35,156 bases of DNA from a virus, in IMG/VR virus record IMGVR_UViG_3300045600_000024, positions 1-35,156 of that record. One strand, written 5' to 3'. Positions 15,412 to 24,610 of this stretch are shown here, piece by piece. A model generated the notes under the pieces. It saw nothing but the letters and a program-made list of their open reading frames with translations, was not told the DNA's origin and did not search any database. Position 1 is the stretch's first letter. Each line of letters opens with the position of its first letter. The position numbers were made by a program, and so were the translations under genes.

Positions 15412-16033
15412 GGTGCTCGATGGCAAGCGTACGCTCTACCGATACGCCCCGGCAATGTTCTCGCCGGTGGCGCAGGGAGCGAAGAAGTTCGACTCGAACT
15501 ACTACGTCGAGGGATACGCATCGACCTTCGACGTGCCGTACGAGCTTGGGCGCGACTTCGACAACCAGCCGTACTACGAGGTCATAAGCTCGCAGGCGCT
15601 TGTCGGAGCCGACATGGGCGACGTAATCATGCAGTTCGACCACTCGGGGATGGTCGCGGCAAGGCAGCGAAACGACACTCTGCTCGTGCAACCCGACTCC
15701 CACGGGCTCTTCATCGCCGCCGACCTTTCCAAGTCGGAGTTCGCAAGAAACCTTTACGAGAGCATCGCAAACGGACTCGTTGACCGCATGAGCTGGGCTT
15801 TCTCGCCCGACTACGACTCCATTGACTTCGACGAGAGCACGCGCACGCAAACGATAAACAAGGTCTTCCGTGTCTTCGACGTTTCGGCGGTCTCACTCCC
15901 CGCCGACGAGGACACCGAGATAAGCGCGAGGGATGCGGTGGCCGGAGCGACCGACCGCATACGCCTGGAGCAGGCAGAGCGCGCAAGGTTGGCGTCGAGG
16001 CGTCGCAGGATTGCGATTCTTGCCGCCACGTAA
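15383..16033 (+). CDS. HK97-family prohead maturation protease
   Basis: In-frame ATG of ORF 15242..16033 with a GGGAGGAAG RBS. YVEGYASTFD...H.G...A......L.....GL...DL......MSWAF...DVSAVSLPA pattern. Confidence 0.85.
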   Translation: MPQQRKTPSKVLDGKRTLYRYAPAMFSPVAQGAKKFDSNYYVEGYASTFDVPYELGRDFDNQPYYEVISSQALVGADMGDVIMQFDHSGMVAARQRNDTLLVQPDSHGLFIAADLSKSEFARNLYESIANGLVDRMSWAFSPDYDSIDFDESTRTQTINKVFRVFDVSAVSLPADEDTEISARDAVAGATDRIRLEQAERARLASRRRRIAILAAT

Positions 16034-16069
16034 GCCGAAGCACGACAAACCGTAGGCGCACAGGCGCCA

Positions 16070-16095
16070 AGCCATCCGTGAGGGTGGCTTTTTTT
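16070..16095 (+). terminator. Intrinsic terminator-like hairpin between the protease and capsid genes
   Basis: AGCCATCC-GTGA-GGGTGGCT followed by a T run (TTTTTTT). Confidence 0.55.
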
Positions 16096-16116
16096 GTGAC
16101 CATGAAAGGGAGAAGA

Positions 16117-17361
16117 ATGGATATTGAAAAGCTGCTCGCCGAGAAGGACGCCATCCGCTCAAAGCTCGGTGGCGAGGACGAAATGACCGCCGAGGACCTC
16201 GACACCGCCGAGGCCCGCATCAAGGAGATTGACGCAAAGGTTGACGAGCTTCGCAAGAGCGCCGAGGCGGCTAAGGAGCGCCGCGCCAAGCTCACCGCCG
16301 ACCTCGAAGCGCAGTACCAGCGCGGAGAGCTTCGCACCATCGCCACGATGCACGGGAACGGCGCGGAGGTACGCGGCTCCATCCACGAGACCACCGACTT
16401 CAGCGTGTCCGGAGAGGTCTACAAGAGGGCGTGGCTGAAGGACATGGCCAAGCGCTGCGGAGTGACCCTCTTCGACGGGGGAGAGATGACCGACGCCGAG
16501 AAGCGTGCTTTCACGGCCACCACCGCGAACACCCCGCAGGTGCTCCCGACCGTCATCCAGACGCACATCTGGGATCTCGTGCAAAGCTCTCAGGCGTTTT
16601 ACGCAGACCTCAACATCGACAATGCCAGGAACGTCTACCAGCTCGTCCGCCACACTGCCATCGCTGCCGGTGATGCCGCGCAGACCGACGAGAACGTTGC
16701 CGCGACCGACGAGCAGAACACCTTCACCACCATCGACATCACCGGAGAAGAGTTCAAGAAGACCGCAGCAATCAGCCGCAAGATGGCAACCCAGTCCTTC
16801 GCGGGCTTTGAGGCCTGGTTGGAGCGCGAGGTCGCAGGACGCGAGGGCAATGCGCTCGACGTGTTCTCGCTCGCGCGGCTTGACGATGCCACCCTCGGCA
16901 TGGACGCCACCAACAAGGCGCTCACCGCCAAGACCGCAGGAACCCTTATCGAGTCCGACCTTCGCAAGATGCTCGCCGTCATCAAGGCGGACGCTGATGG
17001 CATGGCCCTCACCAAGCCGCGCACCATCTACGCGAGCGCCACGACCATCTGGGACTACATCGCCGGAATCCAGTACAACGACGGTCGCCCCGCCTTTATA
17101 GGCAGCACCATGGACTCCGACCCCCTTACCCAGGGCCGCGTCTACGGCACCATCGTCAAGCAGGACGACCACGTGGCGGACGGCACCATCATCTGCGGGC
17201 TTCCCGCAGCCATGTCCGCCAACCTCTTCTCCGGCATCGACGTTACCCCGTTCATCGATCCAAAGACCCAGGAGCACAGCTACACCGCGTACGCGCTGTT
17301 CGACTGCGGACTCTCCGTCCCCAAGGCTTTCGCAAAGCTCACCATCGGCGCAGGCGCCTAA
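16117..17361 (+). CDS. Major capsid protein (HK97 family) with N-terminal coiled-coil delta domain
   Basis: In-frame ATG of ORF 16078..17361 after GAAAGGGAG. Charged coiled-coil first ~100 aa, then a capsid-fold region. Follows the protease. Confidence 0.9.
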   Translation: MDIEKLLAEKDAIRSKLGGEDEMTAEDLDTAEARIKEIDAKVDELRKSAEAAKERRAKLTADLEAQYQRGELRTIATMHGNGAEVRGSIHETTDFSVSGEVYKRAWLKDMAKRCGVTLFDGGEMTDAEKRAFTATTANTPQVLPTVIQTHIWDLVQSSQAFYADLNIDNARNVYQLVRHTAIAAGDAAQTDENVAATDEQNTFTTIDITGEEFKKTAAISRKMATQSFAGFEAWLEREVAGREGNALDVFSLARLDDATLGMDATNKALTAKTAGTLIESDLRKMLAVIKADADGMALTKPRTIYASATTIWDYIAGIQYNDGRPAFIGSTMDSDPLTQGRVYGTIVKQDDHVADGTIICGLPAAMSANLFSGIDVTPFIDPKTQEHSYTAYALFDCGLSVPKAFAKLTIGAGA

Positions 17362-17373
17362 GGAGGTGGGCGA

Positions 17374-17571
17374 ATGCACGTCCGCACAGTCAGGGAGTTC
17401 TACGACCGGGAGGCGGGCGTCGTACGCAGGATAGGCGACGAGTTCGAGGCGGGGGACGCTCGCGTGGCGTCCCTCGTCCACTCGCTCTACGGCACCCTCG
17501 TGGAGCTGGTCCCCGCAAAGCCCGAGACGCGCAGGCGCTCGACGCGAAAGGCGGCGAACAATGACAACTGA
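17374..17571 (+). CDS. Small head-module hypothetical protein
   Basis: ORF track; AAGGAGG RBS. Confidence 0.5.
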   Translation: MHVRTVREFYDREAGVVRRIGDEFEAGDARVASLVHSLYGTLVELVPAKPETRRRSTRKAANNDN

Positions 17572-17860
17572 CATTCTCCCCGCCGTCCGCTCGTCCCTGC
17601 GCATCACGGCAACCGACTACGACGACGAGATTTCGACGCTCATAGCCGCCGCCAAGGCCGACCTAAAGCGCGGCGGCGTCATGGCCGCGGCGGTGGATGA
17701 CACCGACCCGATGATACGAGTCGCCATCATCTGCTACGTCAAGTCCGCCTTCGGCCTCGACAATGCGGAGGCGAGCCGCTACGCGGTGGCCTACCAATCC
17801 ATGCTGTCCGCGCTGAAGTGCTCGTCAGACTACGGGCAGACGCTCACGGAGGCAACGTAA
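17561..17860 (+). CDS. Head-tail connector (gp6-like / DNA-packaging QLRG-type) protein
   Basis: LRITATDYDDEISTLIAAAKADLKRGGV is typical of gp6-like connector proteins. Position after the capsid gene. Confidence 0.7.
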   Translation: MTTDILPAVRSSLRITATDYDDEISTLIAAAKADLKRGGVMAAAVDDTDPMIRVAIICYVKSAFGLDNAEASRYAVAYQSMLSALKCSSDYGQTLTEAT

Positions 17861-18168
17861 TGGCCCGCTACGACGCCATGGCCGAGCTGCTCACGACCAC
17901 GACGACGTACGACGACCTCGGCGTGCCGTCCAAGACCACCACAGCGAGGGCCGTCTACGCCAACGAGCGCACCTTGGGCGCGACGGCCTATTATGCTGCG
18001 GCGCAGGCAGGCTCCCATCCCACGGCGATGCTACAGATTCGCAGGTGCGACTACCGCGACGAGGCATCAATCCGCTACCTCGGCAAGGTGCTGTCCGTGA
18101 CGCGAGTCCAGCAGACGCCCGACTATGTGATCCTCACGTGCGAGGAGGTGACCGGCAACCGTGGCTAG
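17860..18168 (+). CDS. Head closure / head-tail adaptor protein
   Basis: ATG overlaps the upstream TAA. About 100 aa. Pattern ...V.AN.R....E...A......H....IR.. resembles SPP1 gp16-like joining proteins. Synteny supports the call. Confidence 0.65.
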   Translation: MARYDAMAELLTTTTTYDDLGVPSKTTTARAVYANERTLGATAYYAAAQAGSHPTAMLQIRRCDYRDEASIRYLGKVLSVTRVQQTPDYVILTCEEVTGNRG

Positions 18169-18553
18169 CGAAATCAAGGTCTCGTCCGGTACGACGGGCT
18201 TCTCAGAGGCCATCAACCAGATGCTCGAAGAGACGCTCGCTGAGAACGAGGAGGCCCTACGCGCACACGTCAAGGACGCCTGCAAGGTTGCCCGCGACGA
18301 CCTGCGCAAGACCTCCCCGCGCCGCAAGTCTGGCGAGACGGCGGGTGACTACGCCAAGGGATGGTCATACGCCATCGAGGAGACGGCGGAGGGCGCGTAC
18401 AAGGGCACCGTCTACAACAAGACCGACTACCAGCTGACGCACCTGCTCGAAAAGGGCCACGCCAAGCGAAACGGCGGGCGCGTCGCGGCGATACCGCACA
18501 TCGAGCCCGCCTTCGAGGACGCCCGGAAGGTGATGGAGGAGGGGACGACGTGA
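18161..18553 (+). CDS. HK97 gp10-family tail-completion protein
   Basis: LTHLLEKGHAKRNGGRVAAIPHIEPAFEDA matches the HK97 gp10-family signature as recalled. GTG start. Confidence 0.7.
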   Translation: MASEIKVSSGTTGFSEAINQMLEETLAENEEALRAHVKDACKVARDDLRKTSPRRKSGETAGDYAKGWSYAIEETAEGAYKGTVYNKTDYQLTHLLEKGHAKRNGGRVAAIPHIEPAFEDARKVMEEGTT

Positions 18554-18879
18554 TAACGCTCACCGACGCCATCCACGCCATCAAGTCCACTGGCACGCCC
18601 GTCGTGGCCGTCAGGTGGCCGAAAGACACGACGCAGACACCGCCCTACGTCTGCTGGCTGCTCGACTCGACCGACAACGCCTATGGCGACAACAGCGTGC
18701 TGACCGTCATCGGACGATACGACTTCGAGCTCTACTGCGACCAGCGGGATCTGGCATTGGAGCGCTCGATAGAGGCGGCATTTGACGCCGCAGGCATCGC
18801 GTGGGCCAAGTCGGGCGCATACGTCGAATCGGAAGACCTCGTGGAGACCATCTACTCCGCAGACCTCATCGAAAAATAA
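18550..18879 (+). CDS. Putative tail terminator / tail-completion protein
   Basis: GTG overlapping the upstream stop (GTGA) in ORF 18361..18879. Immediately upstream of the major tail gene. Confidence 0.5.
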   Translation: MITLTDAIHAIKSTGTPVVAVRWPKDTTQTPPYVCWLLDSTDNAYGDNSVLTVIGRYDFELYCDQRDLALERSIEAAFDAAGIAWAKSGAYVESEDLVETIYSADLIEK

Positions 18880-18897
18880 CACTGAAAGGAACCGAAT

Positions 18898-19647
18898 ATG
18901 AGTGGAAACACCGTCCGTTTTGGCATCTCGAACGTCCATGTGGCGAAGGTGTCGAGCGGCTCAGTCTCTACGTGGGCGGCCACCCACGCCTACGCCCTCA
19001 ACGCCACCATCACCGCCGACAGCAAGGTCTACAAGGTCACCACCGCAGGCACGTCCGGCTCCACGACCCCCACGTGGCCCGCGTCCGGTACCGTCACGGA
19101 CGGCACCGTGGTCTGGACGTACGTCTCCGTGGCATCTCCCTACGACACCCCCATCCACATCCCCGGCACCGTCAACCTCGACCTTACGGCAGAGGGCAAG
19201 GAGAACGCCTTCGCCGCCGACAACAATGCCAAGTATTACGACAGTTACAGCAACAACGGCTATTCAGGCTCGCTCGAAGTGGCTCAGCTTCCCGATGAGG
19301 TGCTCGTAGCGATCTTCAACTTCGTAGAGGACAGCGTGGGCGGTCTTGTCGAGACCGGCGATTCCACCTCTGAGCATTTCGCGCTGCTCTTCGAGGTCGA
19401 TGGCGACGTGGACGAAGCCCGCTATGGTCTCTACAACGTCGTGGCAGGCCGTCCGACCGCCAAGCATGCAACCACGTCCGACTCAAAGACTCCCGATACC
19501 GAGTCGTGCGACCTCTCCGCATCATCCGCTCCGTGGGTGGTCGTCAACGGCCATGCCGTAACCAAGCGCTCACTCATCCGTACCGAACAGTCCGCGACCG
19601 TCTACGACGCCTGGTACGATGCCGTGCAGGTGCCGACCGTGGCGTAG
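18898..19647 (+). CDS. Major tail protein (phi13/TP901-1-like) with N-terminal insertion
   Basis: RFGISNVHVAKV ... IHIPGTVNLDLTAEGKENAFAADNNAKYYDSYSNNGYSGSLEVAQLPDEV matches the phi13-family pattern. Confidence 0.8.
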   Translation: MSGNTVRFGISNVHVAKVSSGSVSTWAATHAYALNATITADSKVYKVTTAGTSGSTTPTWPASGTVTDGTVVWTYVSVASPYDTPIHIPGTVNLDLTAEGKENAFAADNNAKYYDSYSNNGYSGSLEVAQLPDEVLVAIFNFVEDSVGGLVETGDSTSEHFALLFEVDGDVDEARYGLYNVVAGRPTAKHATTSDSKTPDTESCDLSASSAPWVVVNGHAVTKRSLIRTEQSATVYDAWYDAVQVPTVA

Positions 19648-19661
19648 AGGAGCGATGAAAA

Positions 19662-20003
19662 ATGCAGGAAGTAACATTCGCAGGTCATCCGATCAAGATT
19701 CACGCTGCAGCATGGTCGCTCGTGCTTTATGAGGACGAGTTTGGCGGTGACCTGACCAAGGACTTCACAGAGGCCGCCGACGAGATGAAGAACGGGAAGG
19801 TTCCCCTTCTCGTAATTCTAAAGGCGTTGTGGTCCTTCGCGCGCACGGCAAGCCCGTCGTTTCCCAGCTTCAAGGCATGGATGCGCTCCATGGGTGACGA
19901 TGCGCTTGACATGGCCGCCGACGCATCCGTGATAGAGGCGGTGTCCGACGAGTTCGGTCGGGCGTTCTTTCGAAGCGTCTGGGAGTCCTCAAAAGAAGTC
20001 TAG
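19662..20003 (+). CDS. Tail assembly chaperone (gpG-like)
   Basis: 113 aa between the major tail and tape-measure genes. Followed by an overlapping ORF in another frame. Confidence 0.7.
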   Translation: MQEVTFAGHPIKIHAAAWSLVLYEDEFGGDLTKDFTEAADEMKNGKVPLLVILKALWSFARTASPSFPSFKAWMRSMGDDALDMAADASVIEAVSDEFGRAFFRSVWESSKEV

Positions 20004-20241
20004 CAAGGACAGGATACAGGCGCCAGAAGAGGCCTTGAGATGGCAGGCGGCAAACGTCATCGTCCAGATGTCGCAGGTGGGCGTATCGCGCGAGGTAATG
20101 CGCGAAGTGTCAATGCGCACTGTAATGCGCGTCGGCATGGTCGCCGAGGCGTGGGAAAGGTCAGCACAAAGCGCTGTAAAGAAGGATGACAACGCGCCGC
20201 GCAAGGCGACCCAGGCCGACATACGGGCGATGCTGCAATGA
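19936..20241 (+). CDS. gpT-like extension of the tail chaperone, probably reached by a +1 frameshift (no convincing own start)
   Basis: Frame +1 relative to 19662..20003 is open from 19936 to 20241. The only start is TTG 20035, without an RBS. The -1 frame closes at about 20036. Confidence 0.45.
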   Translation, partial: RRCPTSSVGRSFEASGSPQKKSSKDRIQAPEEALRWQAANVIVQMSQVGVSREVMREVSMRTVMRVGMVAEAWERSAQSAVKKDDNAPRKATQADIRAMLQ

Positions 20242-20254
20242 TGGGAGGTAGACG

Positions 20255-22840
20255 ATGGCAAGCGACGTGTACAAGGGCCTGACCATCGAGTTCGACGGCA
20301 AGACCGACAAGCTCTCTGCCGCGCTCTCCAAGGTCAACGGCGAGGTCAAGACCGCGAACGGCAACATCCTGAGCCTCAACCGTGCCCTGAAGATAGACCC
20401 GGGCAACCTCTCGCTCATGGGTGACAAGGTGCAGGCCGCAGGCGCCAAGGTGGACGCCACCAAGCAGCGCGTCGCCGAACTGACGCAGGCCCAGCAGAAG
20501 CTCGCCAAGTCAGGCGACACGACCAGCGCAACATACCAGCGCATCTCTCGCGAGATAGAGACAGGGCAGGTCTACCTGCAAAAGTACGAAAAAGAGCTTG
20601 AAAACGCCAAGTCGGTATACGAGACGCACAAAACCGCTCTTGGTCAGCTCGGCCAGAAGATGATAGACGTCTCCGAGACCGCGAAGAAGTCAGCAGAAAA
20701 GATAAAGGCCGTGGGAACCGCCATATCGGTGGCCACCACGGCCATTACCACTGGGTCTCTCTCCGCGTTCGAAGCCGTCGATACCGCCCAGGACAACGCA
20801 GTGCGCCAGACGGGAGCCACGGGCGAAGCCGCAGACGCCCTGGCAAGGTCCGTCGAGAACGTCGGGACCAGCGCTGCGGCGGCGAAGGACGACTGGTCCG
20901 ACATCGGAAACGTCGTCGGCAACGTCCAGACGAAGTTCGGCCTTACGGGAGACGCGCTGGATGCGCTCTCCCAGCAGTTCCTGAAGTTCGGCGAGAACAC
21001 AGGCACCACAGCCGCCGATGACGTGGAGACCGTGGCGCAGGCCATGGACATCTTCAACGTCTCGGCAGACCAGACCCAAAACGTGCTCGGACTCTTCCAG
21101 GCCACGTCACAGGCGACGGGCGCGAGAGTGGACGACCTCATGAGCCAGGTGCAGACCAACGGAGCCACCTTCCAGAGCATGGGCCTGTCGATAGGCCAGT
21201 CGATAACCCTCCTCGGCAGCTTCGAGCAGTCCGGCTACGACTCAGACCAGATGCTCGCGGCGCTCAAAAGGGCCGCGGCAGAGTACAACTCCGAGGGAAA
21301 GGACATGTCCACCGGTCTCGCTGACCTCGTGTCAAGGCTGCAGGACAGCTCGACCAGCGCCGAGGCCACGAGCGAGGCATACGATCTGTTCGGCAAGCGT
21401 GCCGGCACGACCTTCGTAAAGGCCGCGCAGTCGGGAAAGGTGAACCTCACCGACCTGTCCGCGAGCCTGTCCGACTACGCCACCGCCGTGGACGACACCT
21501 TCTCCCAGACCGAGGACGGCATAGACCGCGGGCAGCAGGCATTTAAGAGCTTGCAAGTGGCGGGCGCGAAGCTCGGAGAGGCTATATCAGACTCCCTCGG
21601 TCCGATACTCACGACAGTTTCCGACAAGCTTAATGCCATGGCCGACGCGCTCGGATCGCTTACGCCCGACCAGCAGCAGATGGTGGTCGGCGCTCTCGCT
21701 GTAACCGCAGCGCTTGGCGGCGTGCTGCTCGTAGTCGGCACGGTCGGGATGAAACTTGCAGAGATTGGTACGGCGATACTATCCGTGGCATCGAGCATGA
21801 CGGCATCAGGTGGCGTCATGGCCGCGATTGCGTCAGGCCCCGTGCTTTTGATTGTCGCGGCAATCGCTGGGGTCATGACGGCCCTCGTCTACATGTGGAA
21901 CACCAACGAGGGGTTCCGCGATGCCGTTACGTCGGCATGGGCCACGATACAGGCGTCTGCGGAGCAGATGTGGTCCGTCATCGGTCCAGTGCTCACGGGG
22001 ATTGCGAGCGTTCTTTCCGCCGTCCTTATTCCCGCGCTACAGGCGGCTGCTGGCATAGTCGGTGCCGTCTTCGGTGGCGCCTTCGAGGCCGTTGCAGCTG
22101 TCATATCGGGTGCCATGCAGGTTATAGCAGGCATCATCGAGGTAATCGTAGGCACGATAGAGCTTGTAATCGGTGCCTTCGTCGGTGTCTTCACAGGCAA
22201 CTGGCAGATGGCGTCAGACGGCGCGTCGTCCATCATGCAGGGCTTCGGTGACATAATCACGGGCATTCTCAACGGTGTCCTGGGGGCAATCGGAGGAATA
22301 CTAAACGCGATAGCGGATTCGTTCTCGTCCATCCTCAATGGCATCACCGGGATAGTCAGCGGAATCTTCGGAGCGGCTGCTTCGGCGATATCCGACAGGC
22401 TAGGCGGCGCGCAGAACGCGGTTTCTGACGCGCTCGGAAACATAGCGTCCTTCTTCGCTAACCTCCACATCGAGTGGCCGCACATAAACCTCCCGCACTT
22501 CACCGTATCGGGTTCACTCAACCTCGACCCAGCTAACTTCTCCGTGCCAAGCATCGGTATCGACTGGTACGCCAAGGGCGCGATCATCTCCGGAGCAAGC
22601 GTGGTTGGAGTCGGCGAGCATGGCCCCGAGGCAATCACGCCAATCAGCAAGCTCAGCGACCTAATGGCTGATGCCTTGGACAAGCTATCAACTCGGTCTG
22701 ACACCGCGGGGGCAATCAAGTCTCAGCGGCCCGTCAACGTCTACCAGACCACCAAGGTCATCGCGTCCGACGAGGACGTTTACGCCGCAGCCACGATAGC
22801 CAACCGCTCGCTAATGAGCGCCGTCACGCAGTACATCTAG
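20255..22840 (+). CDS. Tail tape measure protein
   Basis: 861 aa; coiled-coil N-terminal part and a Gly/Ala/Ile-rich hydrophobic repeat region. Canonical position. Confidence 0.9.
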   Translation: MASDVYKGLTIEFDGKTDKLSAALSKVNGEVKTANGNILSLNRALKIDPGNLSLMGDKVQAAGAKVDATKQRVAELTQAQQKLAKSGDTTSATYQRISREIETGQVYLQKYEKELENAKSVYETHKTALGQLGQKMIDVSETAKKSAEKIKAVGTAISVATTAITTGSLSAFEAVDTAQDNAVRQTGATGEAADALARSVENVGTSAAAAKDDWSDIGNVVGNVQTKFGLTGDALDALSQQFLKFGENTGTTAADDVETVAQAMDIFNVSADQTQNVLGLFQATSQATGARVDDLMSQVQTNGATFQSMGLSIGQSITLLGSFEQSGYDSDQMLAALKRAAAEYNSEGKDMSTGLADLVSRLQDSSTSAEATSEAYDLFGKRAGTTFVKAAQSGKVNLTDLSASLSDYATAVDDTFSQTEDGIDRGQQAFKSLQVAGAKLGEAISDSLGPILTTVSDKLNAMADALGSLTPDQQQMVVGALAVTAALGGVLLVVGTVGMKLAEIGTAILSVASSMTASGGVMAAIASGPVLLIVAAIAGVMTALVYMWNTNEGFRDAVTSAWATIQASAEQMWSVIGPVLTGIASVLSAVLIPALQAAAGIVGAVFGGAFEAVAAVISGAMQVIAGIIEVIVGTIELVIGAFVGVFTGNWQMASDGASSIMQGFGDIITGILNGVLGAIGGILNAIADSFSSILNGITGIVSGIFGAAASAISDRLGGAQNAVSDALGNIASFFANLHIEWPHINLPHFTVSGSLNLDPANFSVPSIGIDWYAKGAIISGASVVGVGEHGPEAITPISKLSDLMADALDKLSTRSDTAGAIKSQRPVNVYQTTKVIASDEDVYAAATIANRSLMSAVTQYI

Positions 22841-22849
22841 GGAGGTCAC

Positions 22850-23725
22850 ATGATTCTGCCTCGTCTGGTGACGATATCGTGGGACGGAGGGTCGGTGGAC
22901 CTCTACGGTCCCGATGCGTGGTCAGGTCTAGTGGTCTCGTCCGATGGCATCACGGGCTGGGACTCGGCCCCAGATGCCAAGGTCAGCGTCACGGAGCGTC
23001 AGAGCGGCAACGGGGCGCATGACATCCGCTCCAACGACATCCACTACCAGTCCCGCGTCGTGACCATCGGCGTGGGTGCCTTCGGACGCACGCGCGACGA
23101 GACGCTCGCCGCGATGCGGTCGCTATCGGCCGCGCAGGAGCGCCTCGTGACCATGCGCGTGGTCGATGCGTCAAGCGACACCTACTGCGCGGGCGGATAC
23201 GTCCGCGTGGAGTGGAAGCCCGACTACTACGAGGGAGTCGCGACCGGAACCCTCACGGCGACCTTCGTGCGCCCCGAGCGGCTCTCCACCACGCCCTCCA
23301 CTGGCACGCTCGTCCCATCGACCGGCACGGGCGGAGGGCTGGTCTTCGCTGGCTCGTCGCACGTACTTCACTGGCCACTCAGCTTCGGAGCGGGCGCCAT
23401 CCGCACTGGCAACGTCTGCACCATTCACAACAACGGCACCATCCCAGCCGACGTCATCATCACGGCATCAGGCAACATGCCGCAGGGCCTCGCCATCACG
23501 GACGTGTCCACGGGCAAGCAGCTCGCCTATGGCTGGGACGTGACGTGGCAGCCTGTCACCTTCGACTCACGGACGCGCATGGCCTCGGTCGCGGGCGTGG
23601 ACGTGAGTCGCGGACTCACCAGCCACGACTTCCCGACCGTCCCCGCAGGCGGCTCGATAACCCTGTCCCTCGCGGCATCAGGCAGCGGCACTGTCACCGC
23701 CGTCTGCCGCGATACGTACATCTAG
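22850..23725 (+). CDS. Distal tail protein (Dit-like) / minor tail protein
   Basis: First gene after the tape measure; 291 aa; GGGAGG RBS. Confidence 0.65.
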   Translation: MILPRLVTISWDGGSVDLYGPDAWSGLVVSSDGITGWDSAPDAKVSVTERQSGNGAHDIRSNDIHYQSRVVTIGVGAFGRTRDETLAAMRSLSAAQERLVTMRVVDASSDTYCAGGYVRVEWKPDYYEGVATGTLTATFVRPERLSTTPSTGTLVPSTGTGGGLVFAGSSHVLHWPLSFGAGAIRTGNVCTIHNNGTIPADVIITASGNMPQGLAITDVSTGKQLAYGWDVTWQPVTFDSRTRMASVAGVDVSRGLTSHDFPTVPAGGSITLSLAASGSGTVTAVCRDTYI

Positions 23726-23734
23726 GAGGCATCA

Positions 23735-24610
23735 ATGAGCACAGCACTTGGCGTCGCGCAGTCGGCGGCTGGCGTCGGCATGTCCGACCATGACCTAAGA
23801 CTTACCTTGGGCGCTGACTGGGCGTCTACGGGAGTCGTGGGTGACGGACTCGCGGTCACAGGCACCACCTCGCTCGTCTACCAAGTCTCCGCTGGCGTGG
23901 CGATATGCAGCAAGGGAGCAAGCGACGGCAAGACCAAGGCTCCTTTTTTGGGCGGCACTACGCCGACAGTCGAGGCAAACTCCGCAGGCAACCCCCGTAT
24001 CGACTGCATCTGGATTACCAGCCACGACCTCACGCAGGGGGACTCCGACAACCTCGTGACGCTCGGAGTCACGCAGGGCACGGCAGCGGCCACGCCCACG
24101 GCACCGACAATCCCGACCTACGCCACGCTGCTCGCGCAGATGACCATGCCGGCTGGGGCGACCACAACGGCCAACGCCGTCCAAGCCGCTAGCATCGGCT
24201 ACGCAATCCCCTACGGGGCGTCGCTGGGCAAGCTCGGCGACACCACATGGCCGCAGAGCGCCGACTACAGCTCCGCAATAACGCTTCCCGCCCAGTCGTT
24301 CTACCTGCCGACCCAGCGCCTCGTCTCGGTCGAGGTCACCGTCACGTGCTCGTCACTCTCTGGCTCGGATGGCTCGGTGTACGTCAAGATCTACCTGGAT
24401 GGCACGGTCAAGCGCACCTTCGAGCACCGCACCTTCCCGGCCAGCGCCACGAGCGGCTTCTTCCGCGACGTGTGGACGGTGCCTGCGGGCAACCACGTGG
24501 TCTACGCGACCATCGCCCCCGGCATCGCCAACTTCCACACCTACGGCACAGGTGACGCCGACAGCTGGGCGGGACAGCGGCTCATGACCTTTGACGAGGG
24601 AGTGGCTTAG
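23735..24610 (+). CDS. Minor tail protein
   Basis: ORF track; AGGAGG RBS. Actinophage minor-tail-like composition (NPRIDCIW motif). Confidence 0.6.
   Translation: MSTALGVAQSAAGVGMSDHDLRLTLGADWASTGVVGDGLAVTGTTSLVYQVSAGVAICSKGASDGKTKAPFLGGTTPTVEANSAGNPRIDCIWITSHDLTQGDSDNLVTLGVTQGTAAATPTAPTIPTYATLLAQMTMPAGATTTANAVQAASIGYAIPYGASLGKLGDTTWPQSADYSSAITLPAQSFYLPTQRLVSVEVTVTCSSLSGSDGSVYVKIYLDGTVKRTFEHRTFPASATSGFFRDVWTVPAGNHVVYATIAPGIANFHTYGTGDADSWAGQRLMTFDEGVA

Noticed and set aside
16159-17607. 482-aa ORF on the minus strand opposite the major capsid gene. Similar long antisense ORFs occur at 29917..30951, 30991..32016, 25767..26669, 21889..22719 and 9416..9997.
   Set aside because: These are typical high-GC shadow ORFs. 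They are Arg/Gly/Val/Asp-rich low-complexity translations with no RBS. They lie antisense to genes with clear family signatures (capsid, GH25 lysin, integrase region, tail, tape measure, methyltransferase).
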